A stretch of 64,000 nucleotides of DNA, taken from assembly GCA_002432945.1 (NCBI GenBank), contig DJHE01000019.1:101928-165927 (forward strand), in the 5' to 3' direction. Under the pieces are notes generated by a model. It was not told the DNA's origin, made no database searches, and was given only the letters and a program-made list of their open reading frames with translations. Made by a program: the position numbers and the translations under genes. Each line of letters begins with the position of its first letter. The first letter of the stretch is position 1. This DNA is from Synergistaceae bacterium UBA5827. Its GTDB lineage: Bacteria; Synergistota; Synergistia; Synergistales; 79-D21. Positions 42,582 through 50,918 of this stretch are shown piece by piece.

Positions 42582-43043
42582 GTGGGGGAAATCCGCACAA
42601 CAGTCTGGTGCCTGGGAAACCCGCTTCGGGGAGATGACGGGGCTGCCGTTCGTTGCGGGGAAATGCTGCTTGAAGCCCCGGAAACTCATCTCGAGGTCGT
42701 CCTGTGCGAGGCGGTACCGGAAAACTTTGCGGCACCGCTCCGCAGGACTCCCCCCGAAAGGCTTGTCATCCTCGACGCCTGCCTCATGGGAACTGAACCC
42801 GGAACGATCCGGATGCTGGACTTCGAATGCCTGGACGGCCTTACAGAAACAACCCACGGATTGCCCCTGGGGGGAATCCTGAAGGATATCCTTCCTCGGG
42901 AGAAAGTCTTTGTCATCGGCATCGAACCCGGGAACACCGATTTTTCGCTCGCCCTCAGCCCCAAGGTCGAAGCCGCCGTTCAACTCCTGGCCTGCGCCCT
43001 CAGGGACGGGTCCTGGATCCGCATCCCGGGAGCCCCCTTATAG
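42582..43043 (+). CDS. hydrogenase maturation endopeptidase (HybD/HycI/FrhD family, peptidase A31)
   Basis: ORF 42564..43043 (GTG). The internal GTG at 42582 has RBS AAAGGGGAG 6 nt upstream. GNPLRGDDG motif, then Asp in VILDAC and His in THGLPL (the metal-ligand triad of the family). Only plus-strand gene in 50 kb. Confidence 0.75.
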   Translation: MGEIRTTVWCLGNPLRGDDGAAVRCGEMLLEAPETHLEVVLCEAVPENFAAPLRRTPPERLVILDACLMGTEPGTIRMLDFECLDGLTETTHGLPLGGILKDILPREKVFVIGIEPGNTDFSLALSPKVEAAVQLLACALRDGSWIRIPGAPL

Positions 43044-43769
43044 GGTGAACCGGTCTCCAAGGTAGTACTTGCGGGCGACCTCGCTCTCTGCAACGTCCTT
43101 CGGGGTTCCCTCTACCATGATCTTCCCCTGGTGGATGATAGCTGCCCGATCCGTGATTGCAAGTGTGTCTCTCACGTTGTGATCGGTTAGCAGGATGCCG
43201 TACCCTTTCCCCCGTAGTCCCAGGATCATCTGCTGGATATCGAAGACCGCGATGGGATCGATCCCGCTGAAAGGCTCGTCAAGGAGAAGGAATTCCGGCA
43301 TGGCTGCAAGGCAGCGCGCCAGTTCTACCCGCCTTCTTTCCCCGCCGCTCAGCGCGTAGCCGGGTGAGTCGGCGATACGGTCAATGCTGAACTCGGAGAC
43401 CAGGTGGTCAACCAGCCTATCCCGCTCTGCGGATGTCTTTTCAAGCTCCTGCAGGACCAGGTCCAGATTTTCGCGAACCGTGAGATTCCGGAAGACGGAA
43501 GGTTCCTGCTGCAGGTAGCCCACACCCATCCGGGCTCTCCGGAACATCGGGAGACTGGTGATGTCCCTGTCGTCGATGAGGATCGATCCCGCATCCGGGC
43601 GGACCAGGCCGACGATCATATAGAAGGTCGTGGTCTTCCCGGCCCCGTTGGGGCCCAGGAGCCCAACGATCTCGCCCTGCCTGACTTCGATGGAAACGGA
43701 ACTGACAACCTCTCTTCCCTTGTAGGATTTCTCAAGGGAAACCGCCCGGAGGACATGGGAAACCGTCAC
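43038..43769 (-). CDS. lptB: LPS export ABC transporter ATP-binding protein LptB
   Basis: 243-aa ORF with Walker A GPNGAGKTT and LSGGERRRVELARCLA signature. Sits downstream of an OstA/LptA-like gene. Confidence 0.9.
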   Translation of the reverse strand: MTVSHVLRAVSLEKSYKGREVVSSVSIEVRQGEIVGLLGPNGAGKTTTFYMIVGLVRPDAGSILIDDRDITSLPMFRRARMGVGYLQQEPSVFRNLTVRENLDLVLQELEKTSAERDRLVDHLVSEFSIDRIADSPGYALSGGERRRVELARCLAAMPEFLLLDEPFSGIDPIAVFDIQQMILGLRGKGYGILLTDHNVRDTLAITDRAAIIHQGKIMVEGTPKDVAESEVARKYYLGDRFTL

Positions 43770-44617
43770 GGCGTCTTGCTCTCCTTACCCGGGGTGAAGA
43801 TCAGTTGCGGCCGCCCCTGTGCCTCGATCCTCCTGGAGGCCAGGTTGTAGAGGATGGTTTCCGACCGGACGCTCCGCCCTGACTGGATGGCTTCGGCATT
43901 GCCGACCAGGGCCACTGTCCCTTTTGCCTTCGAGAATAGCAGGCGATCCCCCTTCAGGGTGACGGGTGTGCCATCGCTGCCCTCGGCAACGGCAGAAACC
44001 TGTCCGGTTGCGGCCAATTCGCTCAGGTCCTGCCCATCGGTCCTGCCCTCTATCCTGCCTGCCTTAAGGGAGATCCTTTCCTGTCGGTCCTCGAAGCGCC
44101 GAACCTGCGATGCCCATAAGCGGTCGCCTTTTCTGCCCGCTTCCCGGGCTTCGAGAACCCGTCCCGGCATTTCGGCAACCACGCCGCCCTTCGCCACGTA
44201 TTCAGGGGAAGGACCGAAGACCCATTCAAGAGAGGCGGCGGCAAGCCGCTCCTGCGGCCGCGTCAGGACCACCTGCCCGGAGGCCGTGACACGCTGCGGT
44301 GCCCGGTCGATAAGAGATATCTCCTGTGCGGAGAGTTCCATCTTTTGCGCTGTCCATTTGGCCCTTACGGATCCCCAGGCCCTGAAAGTCTCTCCTGCCG
44401 GATCCCCTTCAGCAAAACCTGCTGCCAGGTCCAACCCGTCCCTTTCAAGCCGGACGTTGCCCTCCGCGCGGATCAGCCGGCTTGCCGGGTCATAGGTCAG
44501 TGTGTCGGAAGTCAGCTTGACCTGGCTTGCGGTCGCTGTTCCGGAGCCTCCGGCAAGAAAACCGAGGGACAAAAGAAGGACACAAAGGAACCCGGTCATT
44601 TTCCCGGAACCGAACAT
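43766..44617 (-). CDS. OstA/LptA-family periplasmic protein (about twice normal LptA length)
   Basis: ORF 43766..44653. Start refined to ATG 44617 (RBS GGGGAG 8 nt upstream) with a signal peptide. Contains repeated OstA_N-like beta-jellyroll segments (LTSDTLTYDP...AEGNVRL; LKGDRLLFSK...GNAEA). Confidence 0.65.
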   Translation of the reverse strand: MFGSGKMTGFLCVLLLSLGFLAGGSGTATASQVKLTSDTLTYDPASRLIRAEGNVRLERDGLDLAAGFAEGDPAGETFRAWGSVRAKWTAQKMELSAQEISLIDRAPQRVTASGQVVLTRPQERLAAASLEWVFGPSPEYVAKGGVVAEMPGRVLEAREAGRKGDRLWASQVRRFEDRQERISLKAGRIEGRTDGQDLSELAATGQVSAVAEGSDGTPVTLKGDRLLFSKAKGTVALVGNAEAIQSGRSVRSETILYNLASRRIEAQGRPQLIFTPGKESKTP

Positions 44618-44649
44618 CGCGCACACTCCCCTCCCCGGCCCACGCCGGG

Positions 44650-45333
44650 TCAAAACGAAAACCTTTCCCCGGGTTCAAGCCGGATTCCCTCGACCCAGCC
44701 GGGCAACCCGGACAGGAATTCCTGCGGGTCCGCCTCGATTCCAGGAAACGTATTGTAGTGCATGGGAACGACCCGTTTGGGCCTAATCATCTCAACCGCC
44801 CGCAGGGCGTCCGGGATGTCCATGACATAACACCCGCCGATCGGCAGGAGCGCCAGGTCTATCTCCAGGACCTCAAGGAGCCCCATTTCGGTCGTCAAAC
44901 CGGTGTCCCCGGCATGGTAGATCCTGAAACCTCCAATCTCCAGGACGATCCCTACGGCTACGCCTCCATAAAACGTCTCTTTGCCCTCCGTGATCCCTGA
45001 ACCATGGACCGCGGGTACGAACTTGACCCGCCCAAAGGGGAAGGGAACCCAGCCGCCAACGTACATGGGACGCGTCTTGAGCCCTTTTCCTGAAAGGAAG
45101 CGGCAAATCTCCGCGTTGGCCACCGCAGTTGCCCCCGTTCGCAGGCCCAGCTCGACGGTGTCCCCCAAATGATCTCCGTGGCCATGCGTCACGAAAAGAT
45201 GAGTCAGGCTTTCAAAATCCCCGGGAACCGCGCAGGCCTGGTCGTTGCCCTTGAGAAAGGGATCGACCAACCCTTCCAGCCCTGTGGCGCTCACGTGGAA
45301 AACGGAATGACCCAAAAAACGGATCATGGACAT
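44650..45333 (-). CDS. UPF0173-family metal-dependent hydrolase (MBL fold)
   Basis: 227-aa ORF starting MSMIRFLGHSVFHV, with FVTHGHGDHLGD motif. Confidence 0.8.
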   Translation of the reverse strand: MSMIRFLGHSVFHVSATGLEGLVDPFLKGNDQACAVPGDFESLTHLFVTHGHGDHLGDTVELGLRTGATAVANAEICRFLSGKGLKTRPMYVGGWVPFPFGRVKFVPAVHGSGITEGKETFYGGVAVGIVLEIGGFRIYHAGDTGLTTEMGLLEVLEIDLALLPIGGCYVMDIPDALRAVEMIRPKRVVPMHYNTFPGIEADPQEFLSGLPGWVEGIRLEPGERFSF

Positions 45334-45623
45334 TTCCTCATCCTCCCCTCCACCTGGATATCGGTCTCGCTGTAATGCCCGGACTCGTGAACCCTGACTC
45401 CCGACAACGCCAGCTCGACCTCGACGCCCTTGCCCTCAAGCTCAAGCTTCACAGGTTCCAGGCGGTGTGCCTCTGCCCAGTCGGCCATCGCCCGTGATTC
45501 TTCCCAGCCTTCAACCACCAGGTCACCATGAACCGTCCCGGAGAGGGGGTCGACTTCAAGCCGGTATCGCCAAGGCCAAGATGCAGAGCCGTCGCGGATC
45601 CCCCGGCCCTCGAGGGTCGTCAC
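45324..45623 (-). CDS. hypothetical protein (about 99 aa)
   Basis: ORF 45324..45710 overlaps the aspS 3' end. The only start that avoids this is GTG 45623 (GTGA overlap with the aspS stop). No recognisable motif, so coding status is uncertain. Confidence 0.3.
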   Translation of the reverse strand: MTTLEGRGIRDGSASWPWRYRLEVDPLSGTVHGDLVVEGWEESRAMADWAEAHRLEPVKLELEGKGVEVELALSGVRVHESGHYSETDIQVEGRMRKCP

Positions 45624-47419
45624 ACCCGGTCGCCACCCTCGCCGATAGAAATGCCAAGTTCCTTCAGTTGTTTGCCTTCCACTTCCGAAGGCGCCCCGGA
45701 CATGAGGCACTGGGCTTTTGCCGTCTTCGGGAAAGCCATGACCTCACGAATCGAACGACATCCGCAGAGTAGGGCCACCAACCGGTCAAAACCCAGTGCA
45801 AGTCCTCCGTGTGGCGGTGTTCCGTAGCTCAAGGCCTCCAGGAGGAACCCGAACCTTTCCCTGGCTTGCTCCTGTGTGAAGGAGAGGACTCCGAAAACGC
45901 GTTCCTGCACCAACGGGTCGTGAATACGGATTGACCCTCCCCCGATTTCGCTCCCGTTCAACACGAGGTCGTAAGCCCTGGAGCGAACCTTTCCCGGATC
46001 CGTTTCAAGGAGGTGAATGTCTTCAGGGTGCGGGGCCGTGAAGGGGTGGTGCATGGCGCTCCAGCGCCCGTCTTCTTCGTCCCATTCCAGGAGGGGGAAG
46101 TCCCTCACCCACAGGAAAGCCCAGGCGGAGCGATCCACGAGGTCCAGCCGTGATGCGATTTCAAGCCTCAAGGTCCCCAGCATCGAGCAGGTTGAGACCC
46201 ATTCCCCGGCCGCCACGAAAAGGGCGTCTCCGTCACCGAGGCCGGAACTCTCGCAGAGGAGCTGGCGCCCGCCTTCGTCCAGTGTTTTCACGAGGGGCCC
46301 CTTCAGTTCGCCCGCCTTGGCCTGGAAAGCAGCCAACCCCTTGGCGCCCAGTCCCTTGGCCCGTTCGTCGAGATCCGACAGGTCCTTGCGGGAAAACGCG
46401 GCTCCGCCGGGAACACGCAGGCCGCGAACGGTACCGCCCTCTGCCAGGATCTTTCGGAAAGGCTCGAAATCCGCCTTTTCGAACACGGGGTCGAGGTTGC
46501 AGATGCTCATGGGGATTCTCAGGTCGGGCTTGTCGCTGCCATAAGTTTCCATGGCTTCCTTCCAGGTCAGTTGAAGGAAGGGAGTCCGTATTCCCTCGGA
46601 AAGGATTTCAGCGAAAAGGCCTTTCACGTAATCCTCTAGAAGCCCGATGATATCCGTCTCGGTAATGAAGCTCATCTCAAGATCCACCTGCGTGAACTCG
46701 GGCTGGCGGTCCGCCCTCAGGTCCTCGTCCCGGAAGCACTTGACGATCTGGAAATACCGGTCGCAACCGCTGACCATGAGGATCTGCTTGAAAAGCTGCG
46801 GCGATTGCGGCAGGGCATAAAACTCCCCGCGGTTCACACGGCTCGGGACGAGGTAATCCCGTGCACCTTCGGGCGTCGACTTTGTCAGGATCGGCGTCTC
46901 GACCTCCAGGAACCCGTTACGAACCAGGAAATTGCGAGTGAAGGCAGCCGCATGGGCCCTGACCCGCAGGTTCTCCTGCATCTTCGGCCTTCTCAGGTCA
47001 AGATATCGATGGCGAAGGCGGAGATTCTCGTCAACCTTGTCCACTTCGCCCATCTCGAACGGCAGAGGGGCGGAAGGTGAAAGCACGAGAAGGTCTTCGG
47101 CCAGGATTTCCCACTCCCCGGTGGCCAGGTTTGGGTTCTCCGTTCCTGACGGACGGCGCCTCATTTTCCCCTTTACCGCCAGGACATATTCGCTCCGAAG
47201 GTCCTTTGCCGACTCATGAGCTTCAGGTGTAGTTTCCGGGTTAAAAACCACCTGGATTGTTCCAGTATGGTCCCAGAGCTCCAGGAAGATGATCCCTCCC
47301 AGGTCTCGGCGCTTCCTCAGCCACCCGTTCAGGACAACTTGCTGCCCCTCGATCTCCGAACAGACCAGGCCACAATAAACTGTTTTCTTCCACGAATCGT
47401 CAAAATACCGGGCACTCAC
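45620..47419 (-). CDS. aspS: aspartate--tRNA ligase
   Basis: ORF 45620..47494 with class II motifs, an OB-fold N-terminus and a GAD insertion. The upstream part overlaps the hisS end. GTG 47419 (VSARYFDDSWKKTVYCG) has RBS GGGAG 9 nt upstream. Confidence 0.93.
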   Translation of the reverse strand: MSARYFDDSWKKTVYCGLVCSEIEGQQVVLNGWLRKRRDLGGIIFLELWDHTGTIQVVFNPETTPEAHESAKDLRSEYVLAVKGKMRRRPSGTENPNLATGEWEILAEDLLVLSPSAPLPFEMGEVDKVDENLRLRHRYLDLRRPKMQENLRVRAHAAAFTRNFLVRNGFLEVETPILTKSTPEGARDYLVPSRVNRGEFYALPQSPQLFKQILMVSGCDRYFQIVKCFRDEDLRADRQPEFTQVDLEMSFITETDIIGLLEDYVKGLFAEILSEGIRTPFLQLTWKEAMETYGSDKPDLRIPMSICNLDPVFEKADFEPFRKILAEGGTVRGLRVPGGAAFSRKDLSDLDERAKGLGAKGLAAFQAKAGELKGPLVKTLDEGGRQLLCESSGLGDGDALFVAAGEWVSTCSMLGTLRLEIASRLDLVDRSAWAFLWVRDFPLLEWDEEDGRWSAMHHPFTAPHPEDIHLLETDPGKVRSRAYDLVLNGSEIGGGSIRIHDPLVQERVFGVLSFTQEQARERFGFLLEALSYGTPPHGGLALGFDRLVALLCGCRSIREVMAFPKTAKAQCLMSGAPSEVEGKQLKELGISIGEGGDRV

Positions 47420-47450
47420 CGCTTCAGGACTCCCTTCAAGAGAAAAAACC

Positions 47451-48728
47451 CTAACAACGTTCAGATCCCGCCCTGGCGGCGAGGTCGGCCACAACCCTGC
47501 CTCGTGCGACTTCTGCCTGGGTTCCCGTGGCCATTTCCTTCACGGCTACGACTCCCTTTTCGATCTCGCTCGAGCCCAGGACGCAAACAAAAGCGGATTT
47601 CGCGGTTCCGGCAGCTTTCATCTGGGCCTTCACGCCCTTGCCGGAAGTGTCCATATCCGCGGGAACTCCTGCCTTTCTCAGTTCGTAGAGGAGGCGCAGG
47701 CCCTCGTCCCGGGCGCTGTCTTCGGCAACCACCACCGTGGCAAAAATCGATGGTTCCGCGCCGAAGCTGAGCCCTTGCTGTTCCATCGTCAGGACGATGC
47801 GATCCAGTCCGGCGGCAAACCCCACCCCCGGGGTGTGGGGTCCACCGATCGCTTCCGCGAGGTTATCATAGCGTCCCCCGCCGCATACGGCATTCTGGGC
47901 CCCGAGGTCACCCGACAAGACCTCGTATGCGGTTTTCGTGTAATAGTCCAGACCCCTGACCAGCCTCTTGTCGATCCGGAACTTCGCCCCAATGAGGTCC
48001 AGCCCCTTCAGGACCTCGTCAAAGTGGTCCCTGCATTCCCCGCATAGGTGATCCCGGACATCCGGGGCCCCGTCCGTTACGGCCTTGCAGGTTTCGACCT
48101 TGCAATCAAGGATCCTCAGGGGATTTCGATCGAAGCGTCCCTGGCAGGTCGGGCAAAGGGAATCGAAATGCTTTCGAAGGTAATCCTGCAGGGCTCCGCG
48201 GTAGAGAGGCCTGCAGGCTGGACAGCCCACCGAGTTCACCAGGACCTCCAGGTTGGCCAGGCCGAGCCTGCGGAAAATTTCCAGGGAAAGGGCAATCACT
48301 TCGACGTCCACTAGCGGGCTGGAAGAGCCGATAGCCTCGAAATCCAGCTGCCAGAACTGGCGGTAGCGTCCCTTTTGCGGGCGCTCGTATCGCATCATGG
48401 GACCCGCGCACCATAGCTTGGAAGGCTGGGGGCCACTTGCCATTCCATGTTCCAGGTAGGTGCGCACCATCGATGCTGTCGCCTCGGGCCGAAGGGTCAG
48501 GCTGCGGCCGGACCGGTCAGAAAACGTGTACATTTCCTTTTCAACAACGTCCGTGGTCTCGCCAATCCCTCGTGAAAACAGTTCCGTCTGCTCGAATATC
48601 GGCAGATGGACCTCCCGGTATCCGAAATCCTCCGCTATTTTTCTGGTCACCTCGAAAATCGATGCCCATTTCCAGGACTCGTCCGGGAGTATGTCTCTCA
48701 CGCCACGGGGCGCCTTGATGTTTTCCAT
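47451..48728 (-). CDS. hisS: histidine--tRNA ligase
   Basis: 425-aa ORF starting MENIKAPRGVRDILP, with class II motifs and a C-terminal anticodon-binding domain. Confidence 0.95.
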   Translation of the reverse strand: MENIKAPRGVRDILPDESWKWASIFEVTRKIAEDFGYREVHLPIFEQTELFSRGIGETTDVVEKEMYTFSDRSGRSLTLRPEATASMVRTYLEHGMASGPQPSKLWCAGPMMRYERPQKGRYRQFWQLDFEAIGSSSPLVDVEVIALSLEIFRRLGLANLEVLVNSVGCPACRPLYRGALQDYLRKHFDSLCPTCQGRFDRNPLRILDCKVETCKAVTDGAPDVRDHLCGECRDHFDEVLKGLDLIGAKFRIDKRLVRGLDYYTKTAYEVLSGDLGAQNAVCGGGRYDNLAEAIGGPHTPGVGFAAGLDRIVLTMEQQGLSFGAEPSIFATVVVAEDSARDEGLRLLYELRKAGVPADMDTSGKGVKAQMKAAGTAKSAFVCVLGSSEIEKGVVAVKEMATGTQAEVARGRVVADLAARAGSERC

Positions 48729-48804
48729 CCGTTCTGACCTCCTGCAAATTTTGAGTTCGTGACGTGTATTTTACCCGAAAGGAGAGTAATTTCATCTGCC
48801 CCGC

Positions 48805-48844
48805 AAAAAAAGGCGGCCTCGCTCCTTGCGGAGGGAGAACCGCC
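48805..48844 (-). terminator. intrinsic terminator downstream of spoVS
   Basis: Minus strand reads GGCGGTTCTCCCTCCGCAAGGAGCGAGGCCGCC, an imperfect GC-rich hairpin followed by TTTTTTT. Confidence 0.6.
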
Positions 48845-48873
48845 AAGACGTCTCCGTTTCCCGGGGTGAAGAC

Positions 48874-49134
48874 CTAGCGGGCCTCCAGCTGGAACTTGAT
48901 CGCGGTCCGCTCCTCCCCGTCGATCTCGATTTTTGCAAAAGCAGGAATACAAACCATGTCGATCCCGTTGGGGGCGACGTACCCCCTCGCGATTGCGATC
49001 GATTTCACTGCCTGGTTAACGGCTCCTGCGCCCACGGCCTGCACTTCCACCGCCCCTTTTTCACGCAGGACGGCAGCCATGGCCCCCGCAACGGACTTGG
49101 GCTGTGAAGTAGCCGAGACCTTGAGGATTTCCAT
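48874..49134 (-). CDS. spoVS: SpoVS-family protein
   Basis: 86-aa ORF MEILKVSATSQPKSVAGAMAAVLREKGAVEVQAVGAGAVNQAVKSIAIARGY..., matching SpoVS along its full length. Confidence 0.9.
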   Translation of the reverse strand: MEILKVSATSQPKSVAGAMAAVLREKGAVEVQAVGAGAVNQAVKSIAIARGYVAPNGIDMVCIPAFAKIEIDGEERTAIKFQLEAR

Positions 49135-49207
49135 ACTCTCCGACCCCCTTGCGCTGGTGTGATGTCGTTCGAATGTCCGAATGAAGCCGCGGGTTCAGGG
49201 TCTGTTA

Positions 49208-49236
49208 ATTGTATCTCCATCCCTTAGGTAAATCAA
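49208..49236 (-). promoter_or_regulatory. sigma-70-type promoter candidate for spoVS
   Basis: Minus strand reads TTGATT (49236-49231), 17 nt, then TACAAT (49213-49208). Confidence 0.5.
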
Positions 49237-49251
49237 GGTTAGTTTATCATG

Positions 49252-50778
49252 TTATCCAAAAAGCAAACGTTCGCGCCCAAAAAGGGAAACCTTTTCCGCA
49301 AGGTCCATTGCAACCTCCCTGGAAGGGAGCTCCGTGCGCCAGGTCCAGTTTCCAAGGAGGCTGGAAGGCTGGTTCATCCTTGATTGGCCGTCAAGGCCCA
49401 GAATGTCCTGCATCGGGCAGATCGCCCAAGCCGCCCGGGAGGAAAGGGCCAGCCTGACGAGGTCTGCAGCCACCCCCTCGGCCCTTACCGGGTGCCCGAC
49501 GTACCGGGACAGGAGGGTACGGCCTTCAGGGCCAAGTTCCTCCTCGAACCATCCGCGGGCCGTGTTGTTGTCATGGGTTCCCGTATAGGCCACGACTGCT
49601 TCGGGGAAGTTATGGGGCGCGTGCGGGTTCGACCCGGCTTCCCCGGAAAAACCGAATTGGAGGACCCTCATACCGGGAAGGCCAAAGCGGTCCTTAAGGC
49701 TTTCTACATCCGGGGTGATGATCCCAAGGTCCTCCGCCACGATGGGCAATCCGGGGTGATCTTCCGCAAGCCGCTTCAGCAGGGCTTCCCCCGGTGCCTT
49801 CACCCACTCGCCCCGGATAGCCGTCTCTTCCCCGGCGGGGATCGACCAGAAGGCAGCCAGTCCCCTGAAATGGTCGAGGCGGAGACAGTCGAAAAGCGAA
49901 AGGGCATGGCAGACCCTTGACCTCCACCATGAAAAATCGTCCCTGCGATGGGTCTCCCACCGGTAGGTCGGGTTCCCCCACCTTTGCCCCGTCCGGCTGT
50001 AATAATCGGGCGGCACTCCTGCTACCGAGATCGGCCGGCCGTCAGGCTCGAGATCGAAACCTTCCTGCCAGCTCCAGGCGTCCGCGCTATCCAATCCCAC
50101 GTAAATAGGCAGGTCCCCGAAAAGGGTGATCCCGCGGCGTTTGGCCTCCTCACGCAGCTTGCTCCACTGGCGGAAAAAAAGCCACTGCCCGAACTCGACC
50201 CTGTCCCTTTCGGGCTTAAGGGTTGACGCGGCTTCCTCCAGTGCCTTGGGGTCCCTCTTCCGTAGAGGCTCCGGCCAATTGAGCCAGGATTTGCCTCCCT
50301 GCGCAGCCTTGATGGCGCAAAAGAGCGAATATGCTTCCAGCCAACCGCCATTTCGCGCACGGAATTCGTCGTACTCCTCCCTATATGCCGGCAGGGAAGC
50401 CCCATCCCTGAAACAACTCCAGGCATTGTCCAGGGCTGCCCCTTTACGATCGAAAACGAGGTCCCAGTTTACGGGGGCTTCGGGTGCCGTCCAATCCGGC
50501 TTTCCGGCAGAAGGGGGAAGGAGCCTCATCCCCACCAGGTCTTCCAGGTCGACAAGCAACTCGTTGCCTGCAAAAGCTGAAACCCCGCAGTATGGAGAAC
50601 CGCCAAGGGCCCTGTCCACAGGGCCTACAGGCAGGATTTGCCAGAGACTCTGGCCCGCATCGACGAGGAAGTCCAGGAAATCCGTCGACTCGACACCCAG
50701 GCCACCGATACCGGCACCCGAGGGCAGGGAGGTGAGATGCTGCAGGATACCGCTTGCACGCTGTCCTTTGAGGTTCAT
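49252..50778 (-). CDS. malQ: 4-alpha-glucanotransferase (amylomaltase, GH77)
   Basis: 508-aa ORF with GH77 hallmarks (GDLPIYVGLDSADAW, LRLDHFRG, IVAEDLG). Confidence 0.9.
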   Translation of the reverse strand: MNLKGQRASGILQHLTSLPSGAGIGGLGVESTDFLDFLVDAGQSLWQILPVGPVDRALGGSPYCGVSAFAGNELLVDLEDLVGMRLLPPSAGKPDWTAPEAPVNWDLVFDRKGAALDNAWSCFRDGASLPAYREEYDEFRARNGGWLEAYSLFCAIKAAQGGKSWLNWPEPLRKRDPKALEEAASTLKPERDRVEFGQWLFFRQWSKLREEAKRRGITLFGDLPIYVGLDSADAWSWQEGFDLEPDGRPISVAGVPPDYYSRTGQRWGNPTYRWETHRRDDFSWWRSRVCHALSLFDCLRLDHFRGLAAFWSIPAGEETAIRGEWVKAPGEALLKRLAEDHPGLPIVAEDLGIITPDVESLKDRFGLPGMRVLQFGFSGEAGSNPHAPHNFPEAVVAYTGTHDNNTARGWFEEELGPEGRTLLSRYVGHPVRAEGVAADLVRLALSSRAAWAICPMQDILGLDGQSRMNQPSSLLGNWTWRTELPSREVAMDLAEKVSLFGRERLLFG

Positions 50779-50830
50779 CGAACGCCCCTCTAACGCTTGG
50801 GAGTGGTCTCCCGCAGGCCCCGGAAGACTT

Positions 50831-50849
50831 CTTCATATTTTATATGAAG
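50831..50849. promoter_or_regulatory. AT-rich 8-3-8 perfect palindrome in the malQ/aminotransferase divergent intergenic region
   Basis: CTTCATAT-TTT-ATATGAAG. The arms are perfect reverse complements, and it stands out in an otherwise GC-rich sequence. Confidence 0.35.
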
Positions 50850-50918
50850 GCGGGACTTTGACGGGACTCCTGTTGACCCTAAAATAGGACCATTGAAGGA
50901 TTCGAGGGAGGAATTCGA

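Noticed and set aside
48874-49134. spoVS taken as evidence of an endospore-forming organism or a sporulation locus.
   Set aside because: SpoVS homologues are common in non-sporulating lineages, no other sporulation gene is in the window, and the LPS-transport genes argue for a diderm.
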